DNA of 64,000 bases from the IMG/VR virus record IMGVR_UViG_3300042542_006078; one strand, given 5' to 3'. This document shows positions 8,910-17,666 of this stretch, in pieces (within the stretch, counting starts at the first letter, position 1; every line of letters starts with the position of its first letter). Position numbers and translations under genes: made by a program. This DNA comes from a virus. Lineage: Duplodnaviria; Caudoviricetes. The notes beneath the pieces were generated by a model, which made no database searches, was not told where the DNA came from, and saw only the letters and a list, made by a program, of their open reading frames with translations.

Positions 8910-9914
8910 ATGTCTTTTTATTTGAACCCTTTTAGTGATTATTACGGCTACTATACAGTAGGCGATTCATCAAGTTATAAACTTACTTTTAAGGTTCCAG
9001 CCAATAAAAATATAGGCGAATTCTTTATCTGTTGGAATAGTGGACCTTTCAACCTTTCAGTAAATAGTGTATTGACATTTAATTATGCCTTCGATCCATC
9101 TTATAAGAATTGGTCTTCATTTAGTGTAAACATTGCTGGTGTAAATGCAGCAACAACGACATCTTACGAAATAGTTGGAATACTTAACTCAAATTCCAAT
9201 TTTTCATCTTGGTACATAGCAAGCGTTTACAACTCATCACAAATTGCAATTAGACAAAAAAGGCCTACTTCTTCATTTAGAACTTACATTTCCAATACAA
9301 GTGCTGAAATCGAACTAAGATTCAATAAGAAAATTGGAATTGCAGACATTCCTTCTTATTTCGACAAAGACACAATTGCTAATAGATTTTTGACCGATAC
9401 AGCGAACAACACGCTTATCAGGTTGGGAAAAATAATTACTGCAAATACCGTTAACAATCCAACTCAATGCACTTGTACAGGACATGGACTTTCAAACGGG
9501 GACTCAATTTATATTGCCAACAGCAATAGCACACCCTCTCTAAATGGTCTGCAAACTGTTACTTCTACAGGACCAAATACATTTACTATTCCAGTAAATG
9601 TTACAGTTGCAGGTACTTTTGCAGAATTCTTCACAGAAGATGAATACAATCTTCTCAACGATCTAAACATTGACTACACAAATCTTTTGAAAGATTATGA
9701 ACATCTAAAAGGAAGATGCGAATCATTCACATTTGCAGTTAATACTCTTGACGGATCAGGCAGAATTACCAAGCAAATCATATACGCAACAGGCGCTACA
9801 GCAGGCATGCTCGGAAAGAGAACTCTTTACACCTATTCTGGAGCAGCAACAACTCCTGTCACAGTAACAGAAATGCCGTATATTTTAACCGATTCTGACA
9901 TTCTTGACCCTTGA
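8910..9914 (+). CDS. Probable virion structural protein
   Basis: N/S/T-rich, contains a HGLSNGDSIYI...NG...VT...NTFT module typical of phage structural/fibre proteins. Confidence 0.6.
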   Translation: MSFYLNPFSDYYGYYTVGDSSSYKLTFKVPANKNIGEFFICWNSGPFNLSVNSVLTFNYAFDPSYKNWSSFSVNIAGVNAATTTSYEIVGILNSNSNFSSWYIASVYNSSQIAIRQKRPTSSFRTYISNTSAEIELRFNKKIGIADIPSYFDKDTIANRFLTDTANNTLIRLGKIITANTVNNPTQCTCTGHGLSNGDSIYIANSNSTPSLNGLQTVTSTGPNTFTIPVNVTVAGTFAEFFTEDEYNLLNDLNIDYTNLLKDYEHLKGRCESFTFAVNTLDGSGRITKQIIYATGATAGMLGKRTLYTYSGAATTPVTVTEMPYILTDSDILDP

Positions 9915-10013
9915 CATTTTTTCTTGAAAATCATACCAATTCCAAGTGGCTGCTGATTCTTGATAGCCACTTATGCTTATTGTCTGTGGTTTTTTAATTA
10001 TTTTTTCTTTGAC

Positions 10014-10047
10014 AAAAAAAGGCAGATTGTGAAGCACACAATCTGCC
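10014..10047 (-). terminator. Intrinsic terminator for the minus-strand operon
   Basis: 11-bp stem GGCAGATTGTG/CACAATCTGCC followed on the minus strand by T7. Confidence 0.8.
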
Positions 10048-10099
10048 CATTCATTATTAAGTAGTGAACGCCAGCCGTTGCTGGTCATATTACCTCATA

Positions 10100-10663
10100 T
10101 CACATAAAGAAAAGGATGTATCCAAGACCAACAACTTGTGATGCAATAACCACCAAAAGAATCTTATCCATCATTGACATACCATCTTTTTGAGGAATTT
10201 GCAATTTCTGGAACTCTTCTGCTAGTCCTTGAGCTTTCACACACTTCTTCTCAGCATGAGAAGCCAAAGACAACTCACGGTTTGCTTTGATAGCTGCAAC
10301 TATTGCATCAATCATCTCCTGCTTGGTAACAGGCTTGTTTTCGCCTAGATCAGATTGAGGATTGGATGATGCTGCAATGTGTTCAACAACTTGCATCGGA
10401 ACCTTTGATTCCAAAGATTCGATCTTTTGCTCAACAACATTTCCAGTATTAGGGTCGATTGTTTCTAGTTTTCGTTCATAAAGCATGGGTTTGCATTTTT
10501 CAACGACCCTTTGTTGTAGTTTCAAAGGGCGTTCGTCTTCAACCAATAATTCAACAACTTTTTCGCATTCTCCGTTGGAGTTTTTGATTTCAGTAACTCT
10601 GCGTTCAGCCCTGCGACCGTCTTCAAGAGTCCACTTTTCGATTTTCACATCGTCCATAATCAC
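10100..10663 (-). CDS. Hypothetical protein with C-terminal transmembrane helix
   Basis: Ends ILLVVIASQVVGLGYILFFM; alternative ATG start at 10657. Confidence 0.7.
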   Translation of the reverse strand: MIMDDVKIEKWTLEDGRRAERRVTEIKNSNGECEKVVELLVEDERPLKLQQRVVEKCKPMLYERKLETIDPNTGNVVEQKIESLESKVPMQVVEHIAASSNPQSDLGENKPVTKQEMIDAIVAAIKANRELSLASHAEKKCVKAQGLAEEFQKLQIPQKDGMSMMDKILLVVIASQVVGLGYILFFM

Positions 10664-10688
10664 CCCTTTTTTTAAGGAATTAGCTATA

Positions 10689-11051
10689 CTATTTACTCTT
10701 TAATCTCACTTTTATTTCAGAAATAATTACTTTTTGATTCTTGAAAAAATCTTCAACTTGTAATTTGGCAACTTCACATGCTTGTTCGTAGTTTTCTGAT
10801 TCAATAAAACTAAGGTTTTTATATTCAATGCCCAAACCCCTATTGTATCTAACCACACCAGACCATTTCAAAATCCTTGGTTTTTTCAACATTTCTATCG
10901 CAAACTCAATTGCTTGTCCATAACTGTCACATTCTTTTGCCTCGATTGTGAAGTTGCTTTCTGGAACGGCTTCTTTTTTAACAATAAATTTACCATTGCT
11001 TGGATAAACCAAAAATCCATTGAGAATGATGTCACGCAATTCTTCGCTCAT
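10689..11051 (-). CDS. Hypothetical protein
   Basis: 120-aa ORF with GGGGTG RBS. Confidence 0.65.
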   Translation of the reverse strand: MSEELRDIILNGFLVYPSNGKFIVKKEAVPESNFTIEAKECDSYGQAIEFAIEMLKKPRILKWSGVVRYNRGLGIEYKNLSFIESENYEQACEVAKLQVEDFFKNQKVIISEIKVRLKSK

Positions 11052-11060
11052 ACGACACCC

Positions 11061-11591
11061 CTATGTTAGGCCCCACTTTTGTTTGAACTCATTAAGCAAT
11101 TCTTGCCTTTTCTTGTTGGCAGCTTCTACCAACTTCTTTCTTTCTTGAGGTCTCTGTAATCTTTCTACTTTCTTGGCGTTATCATAAATTTTTTCCAACT
11201 GATTTTCCCAAGACTCGTGAGGCACATAAGATTCTAACTCGCCACCTATTTCCCAATAAACCTTTTGACCATTAAATTCGCAAATTATTTCACGATGATG
11301 AAAATGCACATAAACTGAAAGATTTATACCACGGGACAAACCATCATAATGCAAACCTATCTCATAACTGTGATCGTTCTCTCCTATAGTAGGCATTTCA
11401 TCGTCTTTTTCTAAGGCAAAAGGATCGCTCAGAAATGTCTGTTCAAATGATCGACTACCTTGTTGAATTATAGGTTGGCCTAGACGCTTGGCAATTACAG
11501 AGATTTTGCCCTCCATTCCCATATATCCTCGGCGCATAGCCTCAATTGTTCTTGCCTCACGAATCATTTGCTCACGATTCATCTTTGCCAC
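11061..11591 (-). CDS. Hypothetical protein
   Basis: 176-aa ORF with GAGGTG at the start region. Confidence 0.65.
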   Translation of the reverse strand: MAKMNREQMIREARTIEAMRRGYMGMEGKISVIAKRLGQPIIQQGSRSFEQTFLSDPFALEKDDEMPTIGENDHSYEIGLHYDGLSRGINLSVYVHFHHREIICEFNGQKVYWEIGGELESYVPHESWENQLEKIYDNAKKVERLQRPQERKKLVEAANKKRQELLNEFKQKWGLT

Positions 11592-11641
11592 CTCTGATCA
11601 CTATATATTCATGTCGTGAATAACTAACTCAAAGGAGCAAC

Positions 11642-13354
11642 ATGTTGCAAGGAATACTGAATTGGTTTAGACAAAACACTAGATTCATTTTTGAGAACGA
11701 TCCACTTGTTGATTCTCAAGCAATTCCAACAACAAAAAATAATCTCAACAAAACATACTTAATCGACGCTTCAGCACCATCTCTCGTAATCGAAAAATTA
11801 ATGCCAATATCAACGGCTTTACCAATGACTTCTCAAGGAGAATCTGGTGGAGGATATGCTCTTGGAACATCACAACAGCAAGCTGCTGGTCTAAAGCAAA
11901 TCGTGAATGAAGCACTTGTTTACATGATGGCAAAATCCCCCAAGAAAATTGTAAAATGGGCAGCTACATCAAATATTTCTCTCGTATCCAGAGCAGGAAC
12001 TGACATCAATGCCTTTTATGACAGAAAAGCTTTGAAGTTCTTTTACTTCACAGACAAATTAAGAAAAAAAACAGTATTTGCATGCGACTCAAGAACTGTA
12101 GTTTCACACGAATTTGGTCATGCTCTCCTCGATATTCTAAGACCTGATCTTTGGAACTTGGTTTCAGATGAGATTTGGGCATTTCATGAAGCATTTGGCG
12201 ATATGGTAGCCATGCTCAACAACCTTCAATATGAAGCATTAATCGATGCGGCTACAAAAGAAACTACAGACCTGACAAAATCAAGCGTCTTAACAAGACT
12301 TGCGGCAGACATGGGAATAGGACTATATGGTTTAACAAAAGGAACAAGCGGCGAATTGAATAATTGCCTTCGTGACATTTCACAAAAATTCCAATATGTT
12401 AGCCCATCAAGTCTCCCTAGTGATGGAAGAGATGATCAAATTATCAATGAGCCTCATAGCTTCAGTCGGGTTTTCTCAAGCATGTTTTGGTATATTCTCG
12501 TACAAGTTGCAAATTCATACATTTTAGTAGATAAACTCGCACCCAAAGCTGCTTTGGTGAAAGCAAGAGATACTATGTCAGTTTATTTACTTGTTGCTGT
12601 AAGCAGCGCATCAGCAAATAACAAGTTTTTTAGATCAGTGTGTCAAGAAATTATAATTGCAGATAAAAAAGCAGGAGGAAGATTCCAAAATCTTTTCATG
12701 TCAATATTTGTTGAATGGAAGATGTATGAATCTCCAATCAAAATGCTTAGTAAATTAACTTATGACGATGTCATTAAGAATATTGATCAGGATTTTGAAT
12801 ACCAAGACCACGGGACAATCAAAGCTTTACATGTAGGATCAAGTAAAACAATAAAACTTTCTGATTCTGTTGGTGTAGCCTCTTTGGCTATGAACCCATT
12901 GTTCTCAGCAGAAATAGAGGTTGCGGCAAAATCATCATATTACTTCGATGAAAACATGATACTTCAAGAAGCAATAGAATCTACTGAAGCAGAAATATTA
13001 CAGAGCGCAACAAACTGTCTTAACCTAATCGATAAGAAAAATTGGCTAGGCGAAAGTGACAAAGCACAATTTGAACTTGTTGATGGAAAACTTCAAAGAA
13101 CAAAGATTGCTGCATGCGGATGTAATAAACCTAATTATTGCATACCCGGATCACCCGAGTATCAAAAACCTTGGAAGCCTAAAAACAACGCTGGTTGTAT
13201 TAAATGCCGAAATCAAAACTGTTTGCCTAAATCATGTGATTGCACCAGCCCTACGCCTCCAGCACCACCTAAAACTGGATGTTATACAACATCATCAACA
13301 TGCAAAACAACAAGTATAAGAGTCGGCAATAAAACTTCAAGGAAGGTCTGTTAG
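11642..13354 (+). CDS. Gluzincin metallopeptidase (M4/M36-like) with Cys-rich C-terminal tail
   Basis: INAFYDR, HEFGH zinc motif, HEAFGD third ligand, EPH; 11 Cys in the last ~80 aa. Confidence 0.8.
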   Translation: MLQGILNWFRQNTRFIFENDPLVDSQAIPTTKNNLNKTYLIDASAPSLVIEKLMPISTALPMTSQGESGGGYALGTSQQQAAGLKQIVNEALVYMMAKSPKKIVKWAATSNISLVSRAGTDINAFYDRKALKFFYFTDKLRKKTVFACDSRTVVSHEFGHALLDILRPDLWNLVSDEIWAFHEAFGDMVAMLNNLQYEALIDAATKETTDLTKSSVLTRLAADMGIGLYGLTKGTSGELNNCLRDISQKFQYVSPSSLPSDGRDDQIINEPHSFSRVFSSMFWYILVQVANSYILVDKLAPKAALVKARDTMSVYLLVAVSSASANNKFFRSVCQEIIIADKKAGGRFQNLFMSIFVEWKMYESPIKMLSKLTYDDVIKNIDQDFEYQDHGTIKALHVGSSKTIKLSDSVGVASLAMNPLFSAEIEVAAKSSYYFDENMILQEAIESTEAEILQSATNCLNLIDKKNWLGESDKAQFELVDGKLQRTKIAACGCNKPNYCIPGSPEYQKPWKPKNNAGCIKCRNQNCLPKSCDCTSPTPPAPPKTGCYTTSSTCKTTSIRVGNKTSRKVC

Positions 13355-13774
13355 TATAACATTATATGTGTTTTTAACAGGTTGTCCTTTATCATTATAA
13401 AAAATCGTGTTTGTGTTCGCATCAATTTTTGTGTATAAAAGTTCAGCATATGGCTTGTCGCCCATCAAATTGATGCGAACAGACACTTCAACAATTTTAA
13501 GTTTAACTTGTCTTATTGTTATCTTGAATTTATTTTTTTCACCAGCAGTCAAAAAATAACCATCCTTAGTCTTTTCGTCACTATGAATTTGATGGTCCAG
13601 TTCTTTAAGGGAATTTTTTGTAGCCCTGTAAATGATCATCAAATCTTCGTTGTAATATTTTTTAGCCTCTCCTTGTTTCCACATTACAACCCCAGTTATA
13701 ATAGGACCAACTAGGAATGGAGCTACAGAGCAGCCGCAAACAAAAAAACTCAAAAACAATACTAATTTTTTCAT
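13337..13774 (-). CDS. Lipoprotein, DUF3568-like
   Basis: Lipobox-like FVCGC; GE...Y.A....L.EL ... V.VRI...GD..YA..LY.KI pattern. Confidence 0.6.
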   Translation of the reverse strand: MKKLVLFLSFFVCGCSVAPFLVGPIITGVVMWKQGEAKKYYNEDLMIIYRATKNSLKELDHQIHSDEKTKDGYFLTAGEKNKFKITIRQVKLKIVEVSVRINLMGDKPYAELLYTKIDANTNTIFYNDKGQPVKNTYNVILTDLP

Positions 13775-13860
13775 AGTCTTCTCCTATGATAGTTAGTATC
13801 GCAATATTTCATAAATCTGTTAAAATATAACAGATAACCTCAATATAAGGAGACCTAACC

Positions 13861-14232
13861 GTGAGTGATGAATTAAGAGAAATCTTTATGCTTTATTGCT
13901 TAGAAGAAGTTGAAAAATCATGGTCTTCATCGTTGTTCAGCAAAGTTGATTTTGATGAAGATGAAGACGACGAAGACGACGAAGACGACGAAGATGGTGA
14001 CGATGATGACGATGATGAAGACTATATTTGGAATGACAACGAAGACGAAGATGATGATGAAGACGATGAAGATGATTGGGACGACGACGAAGATGACGAT
14101 GATGACGAAGATGACGATGATGACGATGATGACGATGATTGGGACGACGACGAAGATGACGATGACGATGATGACGATGATGACGATGATGACTGGGATG
14201 ACGAAGATGAAGATGAAGAAGATAATTATTGA
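13861..14232 (+). CDS. Extremely acidic Asp/Glu-tract protein
   Basis: AAGGAG RBS and GTG start; the last 94 aa contain only 12 non-D/E residues; followed by a terminator. Confidence 0.75.
   Translation: MSDELREIFMLYCLEEVEKSWSSSLFSKVDFDEDEDDEDDEDDEDGDDDDDDEDYIWNDNEDEDDDEDDEDDWDDDEDDDDDEDDDDDDDDDDWDDDEDDDDDDDDDDDDDWDDEDEDEEDNY
13948..14223 (+). repeat. GAY/GAA low-complexity trinucleotide tract with repeated GATGATTGGGACGACGACGAAGATGAC unit
   Basis: Directly visible; encodes the acidic tract with periodic Trp. Confidence 0.9.
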
Positions 14233-14255
14233 TTAAAAAATAAAACAATAATTCC

Positions 14256-14289
14256 AAGGGAGTCCATGATAATATGGACTCCCTTTTTT
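14256..14289 (+). terminator. Intrinsic terminator
   Basis: 12-bp stem AAGGGAGTCCAT/ATGGACTCCCTT followed by a T tract. Confidence 0.8.
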
Positions 14290-14332
14290 GTTTATAAAGA
14301 CTCTATATATTTACAAAACCTATGAGGATTTT

Positions 14333-15073
14333 ATGGCAAGATTCTTTTGTTTGATGTTATTTTTTGCCACCAACTTCATGGTCTTGGCTGAAAAACCACC
14401 AATTCCATTTGAAGAAAGAACATTCCCTCAAAAACCAAGCATCAAACAATTCCCAAGCGTTTACCTTGCTGTCGATACAAATCCAATAGTCGCCTATGAC
14501 GGCGCTATTGACGAAGATCTTTCTGACCTCATGGTTCCCATACCAATGAGAGATCGAGTATTCAACAGAACAGGAATTCAATGCGTATGGGCATCAACAG
14601 AAGCACTGGGAAGATACGCAGAAGAACCAAAACTAATCAACCTCACAGACGACCCAGAATGTAAAAGCTACGCTGGACCAGCAAGTTATTCACGGAAAAT
14701 GAAAGAGCGTGGCGTAAAATACCAAATGACATATGATACAAGTGAAAGAAATTTAATTAAAAAGTCAGTCGTGCAAGAAAGAAGAGGATGTATGTTCTGC
14801 GTCCCCGGTCATGCAATGGTTATGGTTCATTACGATGAGAAAAAAGGAATTGTAAAATACTTCAATAACTCAGATAGATCATTGGCAATAAGAACTTGGA
14901 CAATGGCTGAATTCAATAAAAGATTTGAAGGATGGGTTTCAGTAATTTATGCCGATAATGATATAGTACCACAAAAATATTCACCTCAAATTCCACAATT
15001 ACCCATCATAGACAGAAATAGCCAACAAGGAATATACGACAAAGAATATATCTTGCAACCATCAAAGAATTGA
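14333..15073 (+). CDS. Exported papain-like (C39-like) cysteine peptidase
   Basis: Q-C motif (GIQCVWAS), GHAMV, YFNNSD; signal peptide MARFFCLMLFFATNFMVLA. Confidence 0.65.
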   Translation: MARFFCLMLFFATNFMVLAEKPPIPFEERTFPQKPSIKQFPSVYLAVDTNPIVAYDGAIDEDLSDLMVPIPMRDRVFNRTGIQCVWASTEALGRYAEEPKLINLTDDPECKSYAGPASYSRKMKERGVKYQMTYDTSERNLIKKSVVQERRGCMFCVPGHAMVMVHYDEKKGIVKYFNNSDRSLAIRTWTMAEFNKRFEGWVSVIYADNDIVPQKYSPQIPQLPIIDRNSQQGIYDKEYILQPSKN

Positions 15074-15768
15074 AAATGATAAAATTTCCAAAAAATCCAT
15101 TTATGATATTTGCTCATGCAAGGTGTGGATCAACACAATTGACAAAAATACTTAACACAAATGACATCAAAACCATGTACGAGCCATTCAGCAGAGGTTA
15201 TCACAAAGGTGTTTATCTGGAATCTTTCATTGAAAACGGAATGGATGATACATTAAAATCAATAATGTCATTGTGCCAAGGATTCAAACATGAGCGTGAC
15301 CATTTGGAATTTAATCAAAATGTAATATTGCTCAAAAAATTTCCAACAATTTTCATCTACAGAAAAAATATTGTCAACACAGCACTCAGTTTTTTGACAG
15401 CAAAACAAACAAAAATATGGTTTCCAGAACAAGTAAAAGAACAAATAGATTATGCAAAAAATGTAATTATAGATAAAGAAAATTTTTTGAACTATGTTCA
15501 AAAAATTGAGAATATGACAAAACTTTATCTTGTTGTGGAATCCAAATCCATCCAAATAACATACGAAGACTTGTACGGCGAAAATGGAATGGAACACTTG
15601 GAAAAATGTTTTGAATTCATCAAAGCAAAGATAATCAAACCCGAAGAGACAAAAAAACTTCTTCTTCCAGACAAAAAACTCAACAGACTTCCTTGGGAAC
15701 AAGTTATTTTCAACTGGCCCGAAATAGAACAAACTATTTTTGAAAATAATTTACAAATGCCTAGATGA
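15070..15768 (+). CDS. Sulfotransferase-like protein (Stf0 type)
   Basis: PSB-loop-like HARCGST, YEPF, YRKN..TALS, ITYEDL. Confidence 0.7.
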   Translation: MKMIKFPKNPFMIFAHARCGSTQLTKILNTNDIKTMYEPFSRGYHKGVYLESFIENGMDDTLKSIMSLCQGFKHERDHLEFNQNVILLKKFPTIFIYRKNIVNTALSFLTAKQTKIWFPEQVKEQIDYAKNVIIDKENFLNYVQKIENMTKLYLVVESKSIQITYEDLYGENGMEHLEKCFEFIKAKIIKPEETKKLLLPDKKLNRLPWEQVIFNWPEIEQTIFENNLQMPR

Positions 15769-15770
15769 AA

Positions 15771-15983
15771 TCACTTTTTATTCTTACAATTACAACCCTT
15801 TTTCATTTTTTTCATTTTATCTAAAATAGTAGGAGGCTTCTCATCAGACATATATGTGTTCATTGCAGTTGTAGGAACAGAAGAGCCAAATCCATCAGGC
15901 CCCGGTGACGCAAAAGAAGGCGCACCAGTCATTCCTCCATAATTTTCTCTTTTTTGTAACCAATTGAAAAAAGATCGCTCCAT
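15771..15983 (-). CDS. Small protein with CTS-like N-terminus
   Basis: Begins MERSFFNWLQKRE; TATATA 6 nt before the ATG. Confidence 0.55.
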   Translation of the reverse strand: MERSFFNWLQKRENYGGMTGAPSFASPGPDGFGSSVPTTAMNTYMSDEKPPTILDKMKKMKKGCNCKNKK

Positions 15984-16027
15984 AATCGATATATAGTTTG
16001 TCGGATTCTTTTATAACAAGGAGTGTT

Positions 16028-17092
16028 ATGAAAAATAGTCTTATTAAGACAATTGTCGTCCTTCTGCTTTCGGCAGCTATTTTTGCCACTTACAATAAAA
16101 AGTCTTCTTCTAAAATAATCATAAATTCCTCTCCAAAAGAGACGGAAGTAATTGAAATTCAATCAAAAGAAACAGAAAAATTAAAAACTTTTAATATTTC
16201 AACAAAAATACCAGAGTTTTTAACCTATCCGCAAACAGTAGAACAAATCAAAAAATGGAAAGAAGAAGCAAGCGAAATAGTTCAAGTAGAAAAATATGGA
16301 AAAACAAAAAAAGGAACAGACCTTTATTACATTCGTGTCAATTCTGATGAAAAAAAAGTAAAACCAAAAGTTCTAATTACTGCCTGCATTCATGGTAATG
16401 AACCTCTTGCATCTGGAATAGTCATGGCCTATATTGGCAATTTATTGGAACAATACAATAAAAACAGAGAAATAACCGATCTTGTCAAAACTAGAGATTT
16501 ATATTTTGTTCCAGTAGTATCTCCAGACAGCTATCCAGACTCAAGAATGGTTGACGGAGTTGATCCAAACAGAGATTTTTCAAGCCCTAAATTTCCAAAT
16601 CATCAAAGCAGCCCAAGCGTTGCTGCACTAATCGATCTTTACTGGAAAGTAAGACCATCAGCAGTAATTTCTGGGCATACATTTGGCAGACTTATTCTTA
16701 CTCCATACGGAGACAGATATGACAAATCATTTCACGAAAAAGATTACACAAGAATTGTTGGAAAAATGTCAGAAATGACAGGATATAAGAGAATTCATGC
16801 GGCAGAACTTTACAGCAGACCAATACAAGGAACAGAAGTTGATTGGTTCTACAGAAATGGATCAATGGCTGTCGTGATTGAATTCGGCACACATCAACAC
16901 AAACCATCTTTTTCAGACATTCTCAACGAGTTCAATAAAACAAAGGGCGCAATCTCGCTTTTCATCAACGAAGCACCTATTGTCCCATTCACAGTGGCCG
17001 ACGAAGAGATTGATTTTTCAAAAAATACAGGTATCGCTCATACTTATCGCAAGCCTGCGAACGGAGAACTGACCCCAGCAAGTCATCACTAA
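16028..17092 (+). CDS. Exported M14 zinc carboxypeptidase
   Basis: HGNE, DPNRDF, GHTF, IEFG motifs; signal peptide; AGGAG RBS before the ATG at 16028. Confidence 0.85.
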   Translation: MKNSLIKTIVVLLLSAAIFATYNKKSSSKIIINSSPKETEVIEIQSKETEKLKTFNISTKIPEFLTYPQTVEQIKKWKEEASEIVQVEKYGKTKKGTDLYYIRVNSDEKKVKPKVLITACIHGNEPLASGIVMAYIGNLLEQYNKNREITDLVKTRDLYFVPVVSPDSYPDSRMVDGVDPNRDFSSPKFPNHQSSPSVAALIDLYWKVRPSAVISGHTFGRLILTPYGDRYDKSFHEKDYTRIVGKMSEMTGYKRIHAAELYSRPIQGTEVDWFYRNGSMAVVIEFGTHQHKPSFSDILNEFNKTKGAISLFINEAPIVPFTVADEEIDFSKNTGIAHTYRKPANGELTPASHH

Positions 17093-17600
17093 CAGTATTT
17101 TTATAGACAGCAAAATTATTGGGGTTGAAATCAATTGGCTTTACTAATTCTAAGTAATCATTGATCAAATCAGCCCCTCTATCATTCAACAAATCATCAA
17201 AAGTCAACAAAACAGCACCGGGAGTATTTCTTGCCATTTCACAAATTCTTCTCAACCTAAATGTGTAATACCTCACAGCATTCAAAGGCCTATAACCAAA
17301 ATTAGAAATTATTTGCGGAATACATTGTTCTGGACTTCTCAATACATAAATAAACTTGCATGAAGAATAAACATTCTTAGTTGAAATTTGATAATTAAAA
17401 TTAATTTCATCCATGAAAATAGCCGAATTATTATTGGCTTTGTGTCTGCACGACATCAAATTTATAATATTCATACTTGATTCATAGTTGTTCAAATTTT
17501 TACTCTTGTATCCCTGAATGCGGGGATTTTGTTGCATGGCGGCATATAATTGATTGGAACCAGAAAATAAATGGCTACATATGAAAATAACTTTTTTCAT
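16989..17600 (-). CDS. Degenerate sulfotransferase-like protein
   Basis: SHLFSGSN PSB-like loop, VLRSP, LLTFDDL. Confidence 0.55.
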   Translation of the reverse strand: MKKVIFICSHLFSGSNQLYAAMQQNPRIQGYKSKNLNNYESSMNIINLMSCRHKANNNSAIFMDEINFNYQISTKNVYSSCKFIYVLRSPEQCIPQIISNFGYRPLNAVRYYTFRLRRICEMARNTPGAVLLTFDDLLNDRGADLINDYLELVKPIDFNPNNFAVYKNTVSDDLLGSVLRSQACDKYERYLYFLKNQSLRRPL

Positions 17601-17666
17601 TGGTCATCCGAGAGAAATATTAGAAAGAAAACTAACTATCCATATTAAGAGTTAAAGGTACACAGT

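Noticed and set aside
9885-10088. 67-aa minus-strand ORF with GAGGT close to its ATG
   Set aside because: It runs through a strong same-strand terminator and overlaps the convergent gene, and the SD spacing is short. It cannot be fully excluded.
13910-14257. His/Arg-rich antisense ORF (13937-14257) and Met/Thr/Lys-rich alternative-frame ORF (13910-14236)
   Set aside because: Both are shadows of the GAY/GAA repeat. Only the acidic frame has an RBS and a matching terminator.
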